A program made the translations under genes and the position numbers. From NCBI GenBank assembly GCA_964035545.1, contig OZ037769.1, positions 2,232,001 to 2,296,000 on the forward strand: a DNA stretch of 64,000 bases. Reading direction: 5' to 3'. Origin of the DNA: Bugula neritina (taxonomy: Eukaryota; Animalia; Bryozoa). The notes under the pieces are model-generated. The model did no database searches and had not been told where the DNA came from. It was given only the letters and a program-made list of their open reading frames with translations. Shown piece after piece: positions 61,201 to 64,000 of this stretch. Within the stretch, counting starts at the first letter, position 1. Each line of letters starts with the position of its first letter.

Positions 61201-63723
61201 TTAATTTATATAATTCAAATATTAGATGTTGTAAAGCAGCAGACAATAAATATTCTAATCCAGACTAAATATGTAGCAGAAGACTTTAAGTAATAAAAAG
61301 ACAATTAGTAAAATTTTCAACGCAGGTTTTTTTCAGACCTCCTACATCATATCCTATTATGTAAAAGTGTGAAAAGCAACTATGCATTATGCTAATGTGT
61401 GATATTCTATAAAATCAAAAGAGAAAATTCTTTTAATGCAACTATTTTATGATCAAACTATTGACACCGAATTGTAATTTAATGAAGATTAGGACTAGAA
61501 CTAACCAGAACACTGTAACTGTGCTGATACTGTAGTGACTGTCATGTCCTCTACTCTCACACTGCATGCTGTTGATAAAGTGGGAGATAAACCACAGACT
61601 TCAACAACAGTGTTGGAAGTTGGTGTATACCAGGTTATGCTGTGACATCTATACTGTAAACAGGTCAAAGGTCATTAAACTTGTGTATACTTATATAAAC
61701 AGTATCAGGGCTGGTTATATTATAAATCATATTTCAAATCGAACTCAAATATTAACACTAATTTTGGTTCCGCTTCTATTTTAGTAAAATAAGCTGCTGC
61801 AGTCCATGTTTCAATTGCCACAAAGCTCAAAATTTTGTTTTCTAAATATGTTTTGCTTAAACTGCAATTTAATTGAAAGTGGTTTTGGCAACACCACAAA
61901 AATCAACTATTTGTCAATTTTATAGCAGTAAATAATTGGTGAGGCTTTTATAAAATTAATAATCTAGTCATTTTTTTTAAATTTTCATATTATCATATTT
62001 GAGTAAATTTATAAGAGTAGTAGTGAGTTTTCTAGCAACTGCTGTGATAATCTGATTATCAAACCACATTGGAAATTTTCCTAACAATACAGTTATGTAG
62101 GCAATATTTATTATGAATGCTTTTTAACTAAGCTAGCTGTACATGCACTAACTACCGGACACTAACTTGGTAGGAGGCCCCAATACTTCTGTAGGGAGAG
62201 TCCCAATTAAATGAAACACAGTCTGTGGTTACACTGGTTATCTGTAAGTTGGTTGGTTTAAATTCTGCTGGAGCTGTAAATTAATTAAGAAGTACATGCT
62301 TAATACATGGAACGCAGTAACTGAATCATTTTAATAAAAAATTGCTTCAGTTACTGCAATTTAAAGTTGTCTTCTTTTGTTTTAGATCGTGGACCTTTGA
62401 TGGCATGTTGAGCCTGCTGATATGGCAGGTATCACAGTTTGGTGAGTGGTACTTATCAAACATTTACTTGTAGCAGTTTGGTTATCTGTGGAAATATCAC
62501 ACACATTGAACTGAATATTAGCATCTATTATAGTAATACATTATTTGAATGTCTGCAATGCTAGTCGGTTTAATAAATTATTTTACATGTTTTTGAAGGC
62601 TGCAAAAATTTCGCTATTTGTATTTTTGGCTATACAAATGTTGATAAAAACTAAATTAAGCAAAAATATGATGAAAGACAAATTAATTTTAACATTTTAT
62701 TGTTGATTTGAGCAGTTTAAGTAGAAATTTATTATCTTCATAACTAGCGTGTATACTTTGCTGCGAGAAAGAGCTATAAGCAGCCTACAGTATTTATTAG
62801 GCTAATGCTGGAGTAGGCCTATACATACAAGTTTAGATTTAAACTATATTAAGCAGAATATTTTCATGATCTAAGCAATTAGTTTGCAAAGAAAATAACA
62901 ATATTTCATACATTAAGCTCAAGTTACTTATTTATCTGTAACATGTTTTTTGTTTTCTCTGAAATCCATCAGCTAAAATTCAAAAAGCAAATTTCTACTC
63001 ACTAAATCCATAGACTTCAACCTCTGTAAGGACTAAGCTCTGTCCGTACTCAGGATACAGAGGATTTTTCTTCTCCATAACAGCTACATACTGTGCATAG
63101 ACAGCAGTTGGTAAAAGATATTCATATGTTGAGACTAGTGTAGATACACTCTGAATCACATTCCACTGACTATAGTCATCAGCTGGGTTCAAGTTACCAG
63201 AAGTTTCTTTAGATAATATCTCAAATGGACCAATTTTATTAGCAGCAGACCCTACAGCATATCAATCAACATGCCTCTGTCTGTATAATCTGGTAAATAT
63301 ATGTTGTGAGTGTAATTGAATTATGTTTAAACAGAAATGCCTATATAGTTTGTGAAGTATTAAAATAAATTACGTTATATTTTTTTATTATCAACTGCAA
63401 ACACTTAAGCCCCAACAAAGACTTATCATCTGTGTGTCAAATTATTATGTCTACAAGTACATTTAACTTACCTATGTTATGTAACTTACCAGTGTATATA
63501 TTTATATTTGCAATGAAGAATTGTCCACCCAAGTCTACTCTCCACCATGGATTATCACTTAGAGTAGACAGGAAGCACTGAGTGCAGAACTTTGCTGAAT
63601 TCCATGAGTTGAATGAACCTGATTGGTCTCCATCCACCACTACACTTGGTGAACTACTCCTAGGGTTTTGTCCTGAGGAGGAGGTAGCTTTGTTTAAAGC
63701 TACATTTGATGGTGTGGGAGAAG
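43262..63723 (-). CDS. Gene 1: receptor-type protein tyrosine phosphatase (F-type-lectin-like + 9 FN3-like + membrane-proximal domain + TM + one PTP domain); 5'-partial
   Basis: 35 phase-consistent exons: 63490-63723, 63003-63251 ([30 protein letters not shown]); FN3 half-exons 62167-62273, 61506-61653, 61088-61185, 59346-59577, 58518-58633, 57399-57564, 57195-57286, 56716-56920, 56096-56211, 55772-55943, 55061-55167, 54472-54661, 53951-54060, 53381-53564, 52772-52854, 51833-52058, 50344-50447, 49829-50006; 49309-49408, 48716-48986 ([27 protein letters not shown]), 48460-48508; TM 47835-47931; 47204-47283, 46441-46586; PTP 46198-46285 (KNRY), 45914-45987 (DYINA), 45388-45430 (FIATQG), 45121-45218 (DFWLMIWQ), 44613-44738 (KCERYWP), 44064-44212 (WPDHGVP..LLVHC), 43827-43962 ([12 protein letters not shown]), 43435-43593, 43262-43333 (TAG). 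Signal-peptide exon not found in the window; 3' terminal exon uncertain. Confidence 0.93.
45581..45682. repeat. Short AT-rich tandem repeat built on TAGCTATA (about 17-bp period)
   Basis: Repeated TAGCTATAAATACAATA-like units in a PTP intron. Confidence 0.7.
50880..51820. repeat. 11-bp minisatellite (CAGTAGTAATA)n
   Basis: Tandem CAGTAGTAATA / CAATAGTAATA units; source of the spurious [11 protein letters not shown] ORFs. Confidence 0.95.
52965..53157. repeat. (CA)n followed by the 9-bp repeat (CAGCACACG)n
   Basis: Direct reading; source of the spurious VLR/CCV/STR ORFs. Confidence 0.95.
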
Positions 63724-64000
63724 CTAAAAATATACATCATAGATATTTGAGAATACAAAGTAAAATATAAGATAATGTTTGCACAATACACAATTTTTAC
63801 ACTTTCAATGCAAAAACTCATGATTTAAACAGGTTACTTAAACTTACAGAACTCTAATTTCTTTCATAAAAAATGCTTCATGAACAATATTTTTCAAGCA
63901 TATACCTATAGGATTCTTATGCAGCAGCTAAATATACCATAGTCACCTTAAATTTTAGTATTAGTATAAAACTTAGTATTTTCTTTTTTACAAACATTAT

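Noticed and set aside
43262-63723. Assigning a gene symbol (PTPRA/E/K/J, LAR, Ptp69D)
   Set aside because: The architecture matches none exactly; orthology needs a phylogeny.
63848-63905. Possible first coding exon of gene 1 (GTAAGT donor at ~63847)
   Set aside because: The ATG frames hit stops or end in the wrong phase, and there is no hydrophobic signal peptide.

Overview
AT-rich, intron-rich animal (invertebrate-type) genomic DNA, so the ORF track only shows exon fragments. I rebuilt exons by hand from GT-AG sites and phase continuity. The window holds a head-to-tail cluster of four related type I membrane receptor genes, all on the minus strand. Gene 1 (>63723..43262) is a receptor protein tyrosine phosphatase: F-type-lectin-like domain, 9 FN3-like domains, a membrane-proximal domain with an RKKR site, TM, a Tyr-motif juxtamembrane region, one PTP domain and a relic of a second. 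Genes 2 and 3 share its ectodomain exons but lack the phosphatase and end in sushi + TM + tail. Gene 3 (21067..9750, 5 FN3) has a four-tyrosine tail. Gene 2 (41477..22696, 7 FN3) has the same tail cut by a CAG>TAG stop just after the TM. Gene 4 (8389..<158) has lost the lectin exons, starts with a chimeric FN3, and its 3' end is outside the window. The cluster shows unequal crossing-over, apparent gene conversion and a rapidly diverging lectin domain, as expected of a paired immune/recognition receptor family (inference). Introns carry a complete type I hammerhead ribozyme in a 274-nt retrozyme-like unit, a decayed Academ-like transposon, a Kolobok-like element, MITEs, palindromes and satellites.
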